A DNA stretch of 64,000 nucleotides from Bacteroidales bacterium (GTDB lineage Bacteria; Bacteroidota; Bacteroidia; Bacteroidales; GCA-2748055), in NCBI GenBank assembly GCA_023138875.1, contig JAGLOO010000003.1:1498-65497 (forward strand), written 5' to 3'. Position 1 is the first letter of the stretch; every line of letters begins with the position of its first letter. Positions 29,171-37,488 of the stretch are shown piece after piece. The translations under genes were made by a program, and so were the position numbers. The notes below the pieces were generated by a model. The model saw nothing but the letters and a program-made list of their open reading frames with translations. It had not been told where the DNA came from and ran no database searches.

Positions 29171-31129
29171 ATGTATACCAAAAATTTAAATATCATTTTT
29201 ACAACTATCGTAGCAGTGTTTGTTTGCATGTTTATTTCCAAAGTAGCAGCCTCAGATTTATTATCTCAAGAGCAACCCGCTTTTTCATCGTCTGATGAGC
29301 TAGAATCACTAACTGTAGATAAAGCGGTTGATGGTAATATTTCAACACGCTGGGCTTCTGCTGAAGGTTCTGACCCAGAATGGATCTATGTTGATCTCGG
29401 CGTTGAGGCTTCGATTGATAGTGTTGTTTTGAACTGGGAGGTTGCATACGGCAAGGATTATGAAATCCAGGTTTCAAGCGATTCAAGCTCTTGGGAAACA
29501 GTTTATTCCATAACGGGCGGCGATGGCGGCATGGATGAACTCTCTGTTTCAGGGACTGGACGTTATGTGCGAATGTATGGCACTGCACGCGGTACGGTGT
29601 ATGGTTATTCATTATGGGAGTTTAAGATTTACGGGGCAATTGATGGAACAACAATGTATGATCTAAAGACTCAAGCGATTGGTTCCGGCTACGTCCATCC
29701 TTCAAGCGGCACTTATAGTGAAAACGTATGGGCTGAAATAGAAGCAATCCCCGATTCAGGGTGGCGGTTTGACCGCTGGGAAGGAGACTTGTCAGGAAAT
29801 ATGAATCCCACGGCCATTAAAATGGATTCCACCAAAAATGTGACTGCAGTTTTTGAACAAAAAATTATACCCACACAATCACCCGTAGGCATAAATGGAC
29901 AATTAAGTGTTGACGGCCTTAAGCTGGTTAACCAATATGGTAATCCAATTCAATTGAGAGGCATGAGCACCCACGGTCTTCAATGGTTTTGGAATAATTA
30001 TACAGATGAATCGCTGGATGTCCTTGCTTATGAGTGGGGCGCCGATATATTACGTATTTCAATGTATGTACAAGAAGGCGGTTGGGAAACAAACCCAGAT
30101 GGATTTACTGCTAAGGTCAGTACCTTAATAAATAAAGCAACAGACCGCGGAATGTATGCTTTGGTGGATTGGCACCAGCTGGAACCTCCCGATCCTAATT
30201 ATAATTTAACTAATGCAATTACCTTTTTTACGGATATCGCAACAGCACACCACGCCCAAAACAATATTATCTACGATATTTGTAATGAACCCAGTGATGT
30301 TTCCTGGACACAAATCAAGACTTATGCTGACACTTTAATCCCGATAATTCGTGCCATAGACCCAGATGCTGTGATTTCGATGGGTACTCATGGATGGTCT
30401 ACTTTAGGTGTTGCTGATGGAAAGTCACATCAGGATATTCTCGATAATCCGGTGAATTTCCCAAATATTATGTACGGTTTCCATTTCTATGCGGGTGGCC
30501 ACAAAAAACCCTATCTTGATGAACTTGATAAGGCATCAGATGTGCTACCTATATTTGTGACCGAGTGGGGAACACAATGGTATGATGGAGATCAGGAAAA
30601 TGACTTTGAAAATTCCCAAAAGTATATCAACTTGATGGCCGAGAAAAAGATTAGCTGGACAAATTGGAATTATTCTGATGACTTTCGTTCAGGAGCCGTT
30701 TGGAAAGATCCGCAGACAGGTGCTAATAATGGCCCCTGGACAGATGCTAATTTAAAGCCATCTGGTGTATGGGTTAAAGATAAAATTATGAATCCCCCTG
30801 ACGATTTTCCAACTGATGTCACATCGATTAGTGCAGATCCAACTGAATCGACAACGGCAGTTCCCGATAAATTTGAATTGCAACAGAACTATCCGAATCC
30901 ATTTAATCCAGAGACAAAAATAGATTTTAATGTAAAAGAACAATCACATGTTGAGTTAAGTATTTATGACATAAATGGGCGGTTAATCAAAAATCTTATT
31001 AATAGAAAGTATCCAGCTGGTTCATATGAAATTAAATTTAATGCAAAAAATTTATCATCAGGGATTTACTTTTATTCAATTAAAATGGGTGAATATCACT
31101 CAGTAAAGAAAATGATTTTAGTGCAATAA
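29171..31129 (+). CDS. GH5 endoglucanase (cellulase) with N-terminal F5/8 type C (CBM32-like) domain, bacterial repeat domain and T9SS C-terminal sorting domain; cassette 2
   Basis: AGGAG 7 nt upstream of the ATG. Discoidin-like AVDGNISTRWAS...WEFKIYG. GH5 motifs RGMSTHGLQWF, ICNEPS (acid/base) and VTEWGT (nucleophile). Tail LQQNYPNPFNPETKIDF...GIYFYSIKMG...KKMILVQ. Confidence 0.85.
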   Translation: MYTKNLNIIFTTIVAVFVCMFISKVAASDLLSQEQPAFSSSDELESLTVDKAVDGNISTRWASAEGSDPEWIYVDLGVEASIDSVVLNWEVAYGKDYEIQVSSDSSSWETVYSITGGDGGMDELSVSGTGRYVRMYGTARGTVYGYSLWEFKIYGAIDGTTMYDLKTQAIGSGYVHPSSGTYSENVWAEIEAIPDSGWRFDRWEGDLSGNMNPTAIKMDSTKNVTAVFEQKIIPTQSPVGINGQLSVDGLKLVNQYGNPIQLRGMSTHGLQWFWNNYTDESLDVLAYEWGADILRISMYVQEGGWETNPDGFTAKVSTLINKATDRGMYALVDWHQLEPPDPNYNLTNAITFFTDIATAHHAQNNIIYDICNEPSDVSWTQIKTYADTLIPIIRAIDPDAVISMGTHGWSTLGVADGKSHQDILDNPVNFPNIMYGFHFYAGGHKKPYLDELDKASDVLPIFVTEWGTQWYDGDQENDFENSQKYINLMAEKKISWTNWNYSDDFRSGAVWKDPQTGANNGPWTDANLKPSGVWVKDKIMNPPDDFPTDVTSISADPTESTTAVPDKFELQQNYPNPFNPETKIDFNVKEQSHVELSIYDINGRLIKNLINRKYPAGSYEIKFNAKNLSSGIYFYSIKMGEYHSVKKMILVQ

Positions 31130-31132
31130 AGC

Positions 31133-31262
31133 CATATAACAATGGTATGCACCAGAAAACAAACGCGTGCGGTTTCTTTGTAGGTTATCGTTCCGAGTAA
31201 GTGTGTGGCATTTTATCCATATTAGCCGCTGTGTTTGTTTCTGGTGATACCCCCCGTTATGC
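31133..31262 (+). other. attC-like recombination site 2
   Basis: Starts 4 nt after the GH5 stop. 5' box CATATAAC and 3' box GTTATGC. The arm GGTATGCACCAGAAAACAAAC (31144-31164) pairs with GTTTGTTTCTGGTGATACC (31233-31251) over 19 bp, with two single-base bulges. Confidence 0.65.
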
Positions 31263-31412
31263 AAAGGAGACGAAAATGAACCCCAGACAAAAGAAAGCTC
31301 TATCTATCGGATATAGCAGTTATCATTCTAATGGGCCTTTTGGCGCCATGGCAAGAAATTCAAGCAATAAGAAATTGGGACGCATCCCATTTTTGAAAAA
31401 GAGGGTCGGAAT

Positions 31413-32474
31413 ATGAAAAAAAATAATTCTCGGGATAGTTGGGATTCTGGCAATTCTAATAATAATCTTTCTTCTCCGATCGGCCTCCATTGCCCCAGCG
31501 GCTTATACCCCTCCTAAATCGCAAGAGTTAGCGGGTGTGCTGGCACCAAACAACCTTTTGCAGAAGGCCGAGCTTTTGGCCTTGGGGAAGATTAATGGTC
31601 CGGAAGAGGTGGCAGTGGACAGTCAGGGCCACGTCTATGGAGGAACGCAGGATGGAAAAATTATGTGTCTTCTGCCGGATGGCAAGCTGGAGACTTTTGC
31701 CGAAACCAAAGGTCGCCCCTTAGGCATCCAATTTGATAAGAATGAAAACCTAATTGTCTGCGATGCCTATAAGGGTTTACTCTCCATTAATCGCCAAGGG
31801 AAAATCAAAGTTCTGGCCACCTCAGCGGATGGAGTTCCCTTCAAGTTCACCGATGCCTTGGATATTTCCAGCGATGGGATTATCTATTTTACGGATGCAA
31901 GCTCCAAGTATGTGCAAAATGAGTACCTCTATGACCTTTTAGAATCAAAACCGCATGGCAGATTCCTGAGCTACGATCCAGCCACCGGCCAGATTAAGAT
32001 TCTATTGAAGAACCTTTATTTTGCCAACGGCGTGGCCTTATCTCAGCAGGAGGACTTCGTTTTGATTAATGAGACTACCGTTACAGGATCGTCCGGTACT
32101 GGTTGAAGGGCCCCAAGGCGGGAACACACGAGATCTTTATTGATAATCTGCCAGGATTTCCTGATAACATTTCAAGCAACCATAAGGGAACATTTTGGCT
32201 GGCTCTTTTTACGGTTCGGAATGAAGCCGTGGACAAACTCCATCCCTCTCCCTTTCTAAAAGCTCAAATGTCAAAACTGCCCAAAGCCTTATGGCCTAAG
32301 CCAAAGCCTTATGGCCTGGTCTTGGCTTTGGATGAACAAGGGAAAATCATCCAAAGCTTACATGAACCCACAGGAAAACACCTTAAGGAGATCACTTCCG
32401 CTCGGGAATATGGCGGTTATCTCTATCTGGGCAGTATACATAACGATCGGATCGGAAAATATAGATTACCTTAA
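31413..32474 (+). pseudogene. second strictosidine-synthase-like gene, frameshifted; cassette 3
   Basis: Paralog of 27679-28740. The ATG at 31413 is followed by an A8 run (31416-31423); with A7 it reads MKKIILGIVGILAILIIIFLL..., matching copy 1. A second -1 shift near 32075 (GAGAC-TACCG vs GAAACCTACCG in copy 1) splits ORFs 31537-32106 and 32103-32474. Confidence 0.75.
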
Positions 32475-32654
32475 TGCTTTATTAATATACGAACACAGAG
32501 GCCGCCCCAAAATAATGACATAAAGTTTGCTTCCTATTTCATTTAGATCCCTGAAAGGAGGCGAGACTGTGTCATTCAAAGAATAAGTAAAAAGGGGGCA
32601 GATTTATTTACTGAGAAGTAAGAGTATCACCTATTTTATGAAAAATAAATTGCC

Positions 32655-32730
32655 TGACAACCGCAATATCACGGACTGGCAATTCCGCTGCGCTCCATCG
32701 CCAGCCGGTTATGCGGAGCGTTCTGCGATC
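32655..32730 (+). other. attC-like recombination site 3 (less canonical)
   Basis: 5' TGACAAC and 3' GTTCTGCGATC. The arm CCGCAATATCACGGACTGGC pairs with GCCAGCCGGTTATGCGG, with three bulges and one mismatch. The 5' box does not complement the cassette-3 start. Confidence 0.45.
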
Positions 32731-32820
32731 AAAAATAAGTAATGGAAATAGTTGGGAGGTACGTTTATTTATAAGTTACCCAACATAATAAAAATGAGCA
32801 ATGATTAATAAAATACGATT

Positions 32821-33861
32821 ATGATTTCACCATTATTTAGCCATCTTTTAATACCCTATATTATTGCTATGTTTTTGGCAATAACAATGGGCGGTAGCGG
32901 AACTGCACCTGCATTCTCAGCGGCTTATGGAGCTAATGTCATAAAGAAAAGTTTGATTCCCGGTTTATTTGGAATTATGGTTTTCCTTGGTGCAATTATA
33001 GCGGGGAAAGGTACCGCAACTACAGTAGGGAAAGATTTATTAGCACCTGAAATGATGTCATTTACGGTGGTATCAATTATTCTTTTTTCAGTAACTATTG
33101 CTCTGTTGATTGCTAATTTGTTTGGAATTCCACAATCTACTAGTCAAGCAACGGTTCTATCAGTTACTGCCGTTGCATTATATTTCAATGACCTGAATAC
33201 TGACAAATTATTTATGGAAATCCTGCCAACTTGGTTTATTTTACCGATAGGTTCATTTTTCATCAGCTTATTTATTGGTAAATATATTTATCGTCCAATG
33301 AGAAAAAGGGGATATACTCTGCCTAGAGCTCAAAATGAGAATCTTAAACCCGTTTGGAATGGATTATTGGTATTAATGTCATTATACGTTGCTTTTACCA
33401 TTGGAGCGAACAATGTAGCCAATGCTGCTGGACCAATTGCATCAATGACTGCAAATGAACTTAACATATCCATAGATGAAAATTTTATAATAATAATGAT
33501 ATTGTCAACCCTGATTGTTGCACCTAGTTTTGGAATAGGAAGTTCAATTTTTGGACATAAAATTGTAAAGAATACAGGAAAAGAAATTGTATTATTTGGG
33601 AAATTCGAAGCCGTTATAATTGCTTTTGTGTCCGCCAGCTTATTGCTATTAGCCTCTATAACAAAGGGAATCCCTTCTTCATTAGTCCAATTGAATGTCG
33701 CAGCAATTTTAGGAATCGGGGTTGCAAAATTAGGAGCTAAGAACATCTTTAAAAAAACAGCAGTCAAAAAATTCTTTTTAATGTGGGTAATAGCACCAAT
33801 TATTGCATTTTCATTATCATTATTCCTAACATATTTGGCTGACCAATATGGATACTTATAA
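32821..33861 (+). CDS. PiT-family inorganic phosphate transporter; cassette 4
   Basis: 346-aa polytopic membrane ORF. The duplicated PiT signatures are GGSGTAPAFSAAYGAN and IGANNVANAAGP. Confidence 0.8.
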   Translation: MISPLFSHLLIPYIIAMFLAITMGGSGTAPAFSAAYGANVIKKSLIPGLFGIMVFLGAIIAGKGTATTVGKDLLAPEMMSFTVVSIILFSVTIALLIANLFGIPQSTSQATVLSVTAVALYFNDLNTDKLFMEILPTWFILPIGSFFISLFIGKYIYRPMRKRGYTLPRAQNENLKPVWNGLLVLMSLYVAFTIGANNVANAAGPIASMTANELNISIDENFIIIMILSTLIVAPSFGIGSSIFGHKIVKNTGKEIVLFGKFEAVIIAFVSASLLLLASITKGIPSSLVQLNVAAILGIGVAKLGAKNIFKKTAVKKFFLMWVIAPIIAFSLSLFLTYLADQYGYL

Positions 33862-34183
33862 AATTTTCGTTGGGTAATAACAATGTATATAAAAAACAGG
33901 CGGGATAGCAGTAAAATGAAGAGTTGTAGCCCGCTTTAACTATTGTGTAACTTGATAGTGTTGAAGCCCGCAAGCGCCTACTTTTCATACACTTAACGTT
34001 GAGCAAGGAAGTAGGCCGCCCGATCAAGGAAAAGATCTCAGTAAAGAAATACAGGATTGTGTCAAACAGTAGCCTCCCAGAAGCTGAACTTTGCTCATTT
34101 GAAGCTGGTGGCGTTGTCCAAAGTAAATGGAAGACTGAACCAGATGCACAAGCTTAGTTGAAGTGGGCAGAACAAAAAAATTA

Positions 34184-34248
34184 GATCGCAGAACAAATCA
34201 CTAAAGCCGACCGCTTGCAGCGCCGCTTAGTTCCACCGTTCTGCGATC
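34184..34248 (+). other. attC-like recombination site 4 (compact, ~60 bp)
   Basis: GATCGCAGAAC (34184-34194) is a perfect 11-bp inverted repeat of GTTCTGCGATC (34238-34248). The inner arms are identical or near-identical to site 1, with a 7-nt centre and unpaired spacers AAAT / TCCACC. Confidence 0.7.
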
Positions 34249-34472
34249 AAAACATAGAGATGGGCGTAGGTAAGAGGTTCGTTTATTTTGAAGTTGTATG
34301 CCGTCCGGAAAGCCCTTCCCGCATTTGGCACATTTGCAAAGCCTCACAAGCCAACCTGCAACCTAAGCTTTGCAAAAGAGCCAAATTTTCCCAGTCGCCA
34401 GAAACTACAAATAATTACCAGTATTTTGATTTACTGGCGTTTTTTAGATTTCCAAAATATGCCATATTTTCT

Positions 34473-34480
34473 TATCTTTG
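34473..34480 (+). promoter_or_regulatory. candidate Bacteroidota -7 promoter element (TAnnTTTG) for abiEi/abiEii
   Basis: TATCTTTG lies 19 nt upstream of the ATG at 34499. Motif match only. Confidence 0.25.
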
Positions 34481-34498
34481 GCAAAAATTGGGTTTAGA

Positions 34499-35266
34499 AT
34501 GCCAAAGGTTATAGAAAATAGACTGATCGAAGAATTTAAGGACAGGGAGTACTTCACGAGAGAAGAGCTCTTTGACTTCTACCGCTACTTCGAACCAGAA
34601 TTGAAAGAAGGAACTTTCGGATGGAGAATCTATGATCTGAAAAAGAGGAACATCATCAAGCCTATAAAAAGAGGGCTTTATGTAATTACTTACAAACTCA
34701 GATATAAACCGGATATCTCACCAAGTCTACTAAAAATCGCCAAGCAATTAACAGAACGATTCGGTGAGATAAAACACTGTATTTGGGAAACGGTGTGGCT
34801 GAATGAATTTACCCAACACCAAACAAGCAGATCCACCCTATTCATCGAAATAGAAAAAGGCTTTGAGGAGTCATTATTTTACGAGTTGAAGGATACGGTA
34901 CGAAGAGAAGTATTTCTAAATCCGGATGAAAAAGCCATCGATTTCTACATTGCAGAAAGCAATCAGCCGATTATCATAAAGAAGCTGCTCACAAGAGCAC
35001 CGCTTTCAAAAAGAATGGAGAAGAGGATCAAGTTCTACACACCCACACTTGAAAAAATCCTGGTGGATTTGTTCGCAGAAGAGAAGCTATTCTATTTTGT
35101 GAAAGGTTCTGAATTGATGCACATATACGAAAATGCTATCAACAGCTACACTATCAATTTCACCAAGCTTTTCAGCTATGCCAAACGTAGAGAACGGGAA
35201 CAGGATATCAAGCAGTTCATGACCAATCATATGTTTCACCTTGTAAAAGACATTATCGATAATTAA
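34499..35266 (+). CDS. AbiEi-type antitoxin-like protein (type IV TA, wHTH N-terminus)
   Basis: The track ORF starts at TTG 34478; the ATG at 34499 gives MPKVIENRL.... The N-terminus FTREELFDFY...WRIYDLKKRNIIKPIKRGLY fits the AbiEi N-domain pattern. It sits directly upstream of an AbiEii-like gene. Confidence 0.6.
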   Translation: MPKVIENRLIEEFKDREYFTREELFDFYRYFEPELKEGTFGWRIYDLKKRNIIKPIKRGLYVITYKLRYKPDISPSLLKIAKQLTERFGEIKHCIWETVWLNEFTQHQTSRSTLFIEIEKGFEESLFYELKDTVRREVFLNPDEKAIDFYIAESNQPIIIKKLLTRAPLSKRMEKRIKFYTPTLEKILVDLFAEEKLFYFVKGSELMHIYENAINSYTINFTKLFSYAKRREREQDIKQFMTNHMFHLVKDIIDN

Positions 35267-35291
35267 AGACAAATGCTTTACAGAAGAGTGG

Positions 35292-36089
35292 TTGGATCAA
35301 TTCAAAAAGCAAAAAGACCACAAGCGAGTCGACAAGATCATTCTTGAAAAAATGATTTATGCGCTGCATTTATTAGAGCGACTCAAATCAAATGGGCATG
35401 ACTTTGTATTTAAGGGTGGCACAAGTCTGGTCTTGCTGCTGGACGAAGGCAACCGATTCTCCATTGATATCGACATAATCAGCAAGACCAGTCAGGAAGA
35501 CTTGGAAGGTATTCTCGACAAGATCATTGATTCATCACATTTTTCCGAATGGAAGCTGGATGAACATCGCAGTTATCAACCAGGAGTGCTGAAAGCGCAC
35601 TATAAGTTTCCCTTTGATACCATCATTCAGGGTTCTGGAACTATTCTTCTGGATGTACTAATTGAAGATTCCATTTACCCGGAACTAATCGAAAGACCTA
35701 TAGCAACAAAATGGATTGAAACAGATAAAGAGACCATGGTCACAGTACCTTCCATAGATTCAATCACGGGAGATAAACTGACTGCTTTTGCTCCCAATAC
35801 TATTGGGATTCCTTATTTCAAAGGAAAAGACCAACAGCCGTTCTCCATGGAGATTTGCAAGCAGCTATTCGATCTGAGTAAGTTGTTCGAGAAGATTGAA
35901 AACATGGAAATCGTAGCAGCAAGTTTTAAAGCTTTTGCTGAACAGGAAATTGAATATCGGAAAAATGGAAATCCGGCATTAGCACTAACTCTTGACAAAG
36001 TGTTAAAAGACATGATAGATACGTGCGCCATACTGGTAAAAAGAGAGCGTGGGACCAATGAGGAGAAGGCCAAGACATTAAGGAATTGA
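35292..36089 (+). CDS. AbiEii/AbiGii-family nucleotidyltransferase toxin-like protein, reading frame apparently disrupted near both ends
   Basis: FVFKGGTSLVLLL...RFSIDIDI is the family core. The track start is TTG. A well-placed ATG at 35273 is in another frame. After the stop at 36087-36089 a different frame continues as ...IKELTIEHLDWNFLNRLKRQPDKSGFYYWYKTVELVSNTQ-stop (36198). Confidence 0.6.
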   Translation: MDQFKKQKDHKRVDKIILEKMIYALHLLERLKSNGHDFVFKGGTSLVLLLDEGNRFSIDIDIISKTSQEDLEGILDKIIDSSHFSEWKLDEHRSYQPGVLKAHYKFPFDTIIQGSGTILLDVLIEDSIYPELIERPIATKWIETDKETMVTVPSIDSITGDKLTAFAPNTIGIPYFKGKDQQPFSMEICKQLFDLSKLFEKIENMEIVAASFKAFAEQEIEYRKNGNPALALTLDKVLKDMIDTCAILVKRERGTNEEKAKTLRN

Positions 36090-36207
36090 CTATTGAACAT
36101 CTGGACTGGAATTTCTTGAACCGTTTGAAGCGACAGCCAGATAAATCAGGCTTCTATTATTGGTACAAGACCGTTGAATTGGTCAGTAATACACAATAAA
36201 CAGAAAA

Positions 36208-37488
36208 ATGATCACACAAGATAATTTCAAGGAACTTCTATTGAAACTTGGCTTCTCCGAGAAGGGAGATATTTTCACCAAAAAGTTCAAAGAAGTAGAT
36301 GCCTACCTTAAGGTTGACTACAAGGCTGAAAAACTTATCTATCCTGAAGACAAGGGATTGACTATAAACGAAAGGCAAACCTGTAACTTCTCTCAAAAGG
36401 AAAACTTTGTTGTTTTTGAATGTGTTCATAGACTTTTTGAGAAGGGCTATAATCCACTACACATTGAACTTGAACCTAAATGGAAAGTTGGACATGGTGC
36501 CAGTGGTGGTCGCGCGGATATTATGGTGAAAGACAATTCAGGGAAGTCTTGACTCATAATTGAATGCAAGACAGAAGGAAAGGAATTTGAAGATGCCTGG
36601 AAAAAGACGTTAATAAATGGAGGTCAATTACTTTCCTATGTAAAACAAGCGGGAAGCACGCAATTTGTTTGTTTATACGCTTCTGACTATTTGGATAACA
36701 AAGTAGTGCCAAACTATTACTTAATCACATTAAAGGACAACAAAAGACTACTGGACGAACTTGCTGAAAAAACACCACTATCATATAAAAAAGCAAAAGG
36801 ATTAGACGTTGAAGATATTTTTAAAGCCTGGAAAGAAACCTATGCTCAGGACTACGCAACCAAAGGAATATTTGAAGATGATATTCCTGCTTATGAAATA
36901 GGAAAAACTAAGTACTCTCTTAAGGACTTGAGCACCATTAGCAGCAATGATATTCAAGGGAAGTATCACAAATTTGCTACCATATTGAGACAGCACAATG
37001 TGTCCGGTCGTGAAAATGCCTTTGACAAGCTGGTTAATTTGTTTCTGTGTAAAATAGTTGATGAAACCAACAACCCAAATGAACTCAAATTCTATTGGAA
37101 AGGAATCGCTTATGATGATCAATTTAGCTTAATCGACAGATTACAAAAGCTTTATCAGGACGGAATGCAACGATTTCTGGGAGAAGATGTGGCCTATATC
37201 AGTGCAGAACAGATCGATAAAGCCTTTGATTTTTTTAAAAACGATCCGGATGCAACCAAAGATACGATCAAGAAATATTTCAAAGAGCTCAAGTTCTTTA
37301 ATAACAACGACTTCGGGTTTATTGACGTCCATAATGAAAAGTTGTTTTATCAAAACACTGCCATTCTGCTGAAGATCGTCCAAATGTTACAGGATATAAG
37401 ATTGAAAACTGAAGACGTTTCCTTCGTCTTGCGGGAACCAATATTTACTATGTCATGTTTCTCAGAATTTGTGATGCCAACTGGTTGA
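36208..37488 (+). pseudogene. restriction-modification N6-adenine DNA methyltransferase (type I/IIG-like) N-terminal portion, with in-frame stop and 3' truncation
   Basis: ORFs 36208-36552 and 36691-37488 share one frame, separated by TGA at 36550-36552 (..KDNSGKS*LIIECKTEGKEF..). The family-like sequence runs to ..LLKIVQMLQDIRLKTED and then degenerates. No SAM-binding or NPPY/F region is present. Confidence 0.6.

Noticed and set aside
33946-34030. Nested inverted repeat after the PiT gene as an additional attC, possibly inverted.
   Set aside because: On the plus strand it has an AAC box but no GTT box. On the minus strand it ends in GTTACAC but has no AAC box at the other end. It is not enough for an attC call and is reported only as an unexplained structure.
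34215-34514. ORFs 34215-34514 and 34288-34497 in the leader of the AbiE unit.
   Set aside because: They start inside or next to attC-like site 4, have no family resemblance and overlap each other. The region is more likely promoter or leader.
36550-36552. In-frame TGA as selenocysteine, or reassignment of the stop codon.
   Set aside because: TGA is used as a normal stop by many genes in this window (for example at 15519-15521 and 57871-57873). No SECIS-like context was noticed. The position is not a plausible Sec or Cys active site. A nonsense mutation or sequencing error is simpler.
37201-37369. A possible fifth attC. GCAGAAC-AGATCGATAAAGCC (37204-37224) resembles the site 1/4 5' arm, and ATTCTGC (37363-37369) resembles the GTTCTGC box.
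   Set aside because: It lies inside well-behaved methyltransferase coding sequence. The putative arms pair poorly and the 3' box starts with A, not G. I treat it as coincidence unless an attC model scores it.
37412-37430. Hairpin AAGACG-TTTCCTT-CGTCTT, followed on the minus strand by a short T-run, as a terminator of the BNR gene.
   Set aside because: The stem is only 6 bp with a weak T-tract, and it lies inside both overlapping ORF tails. It may merely mark junction DNA.
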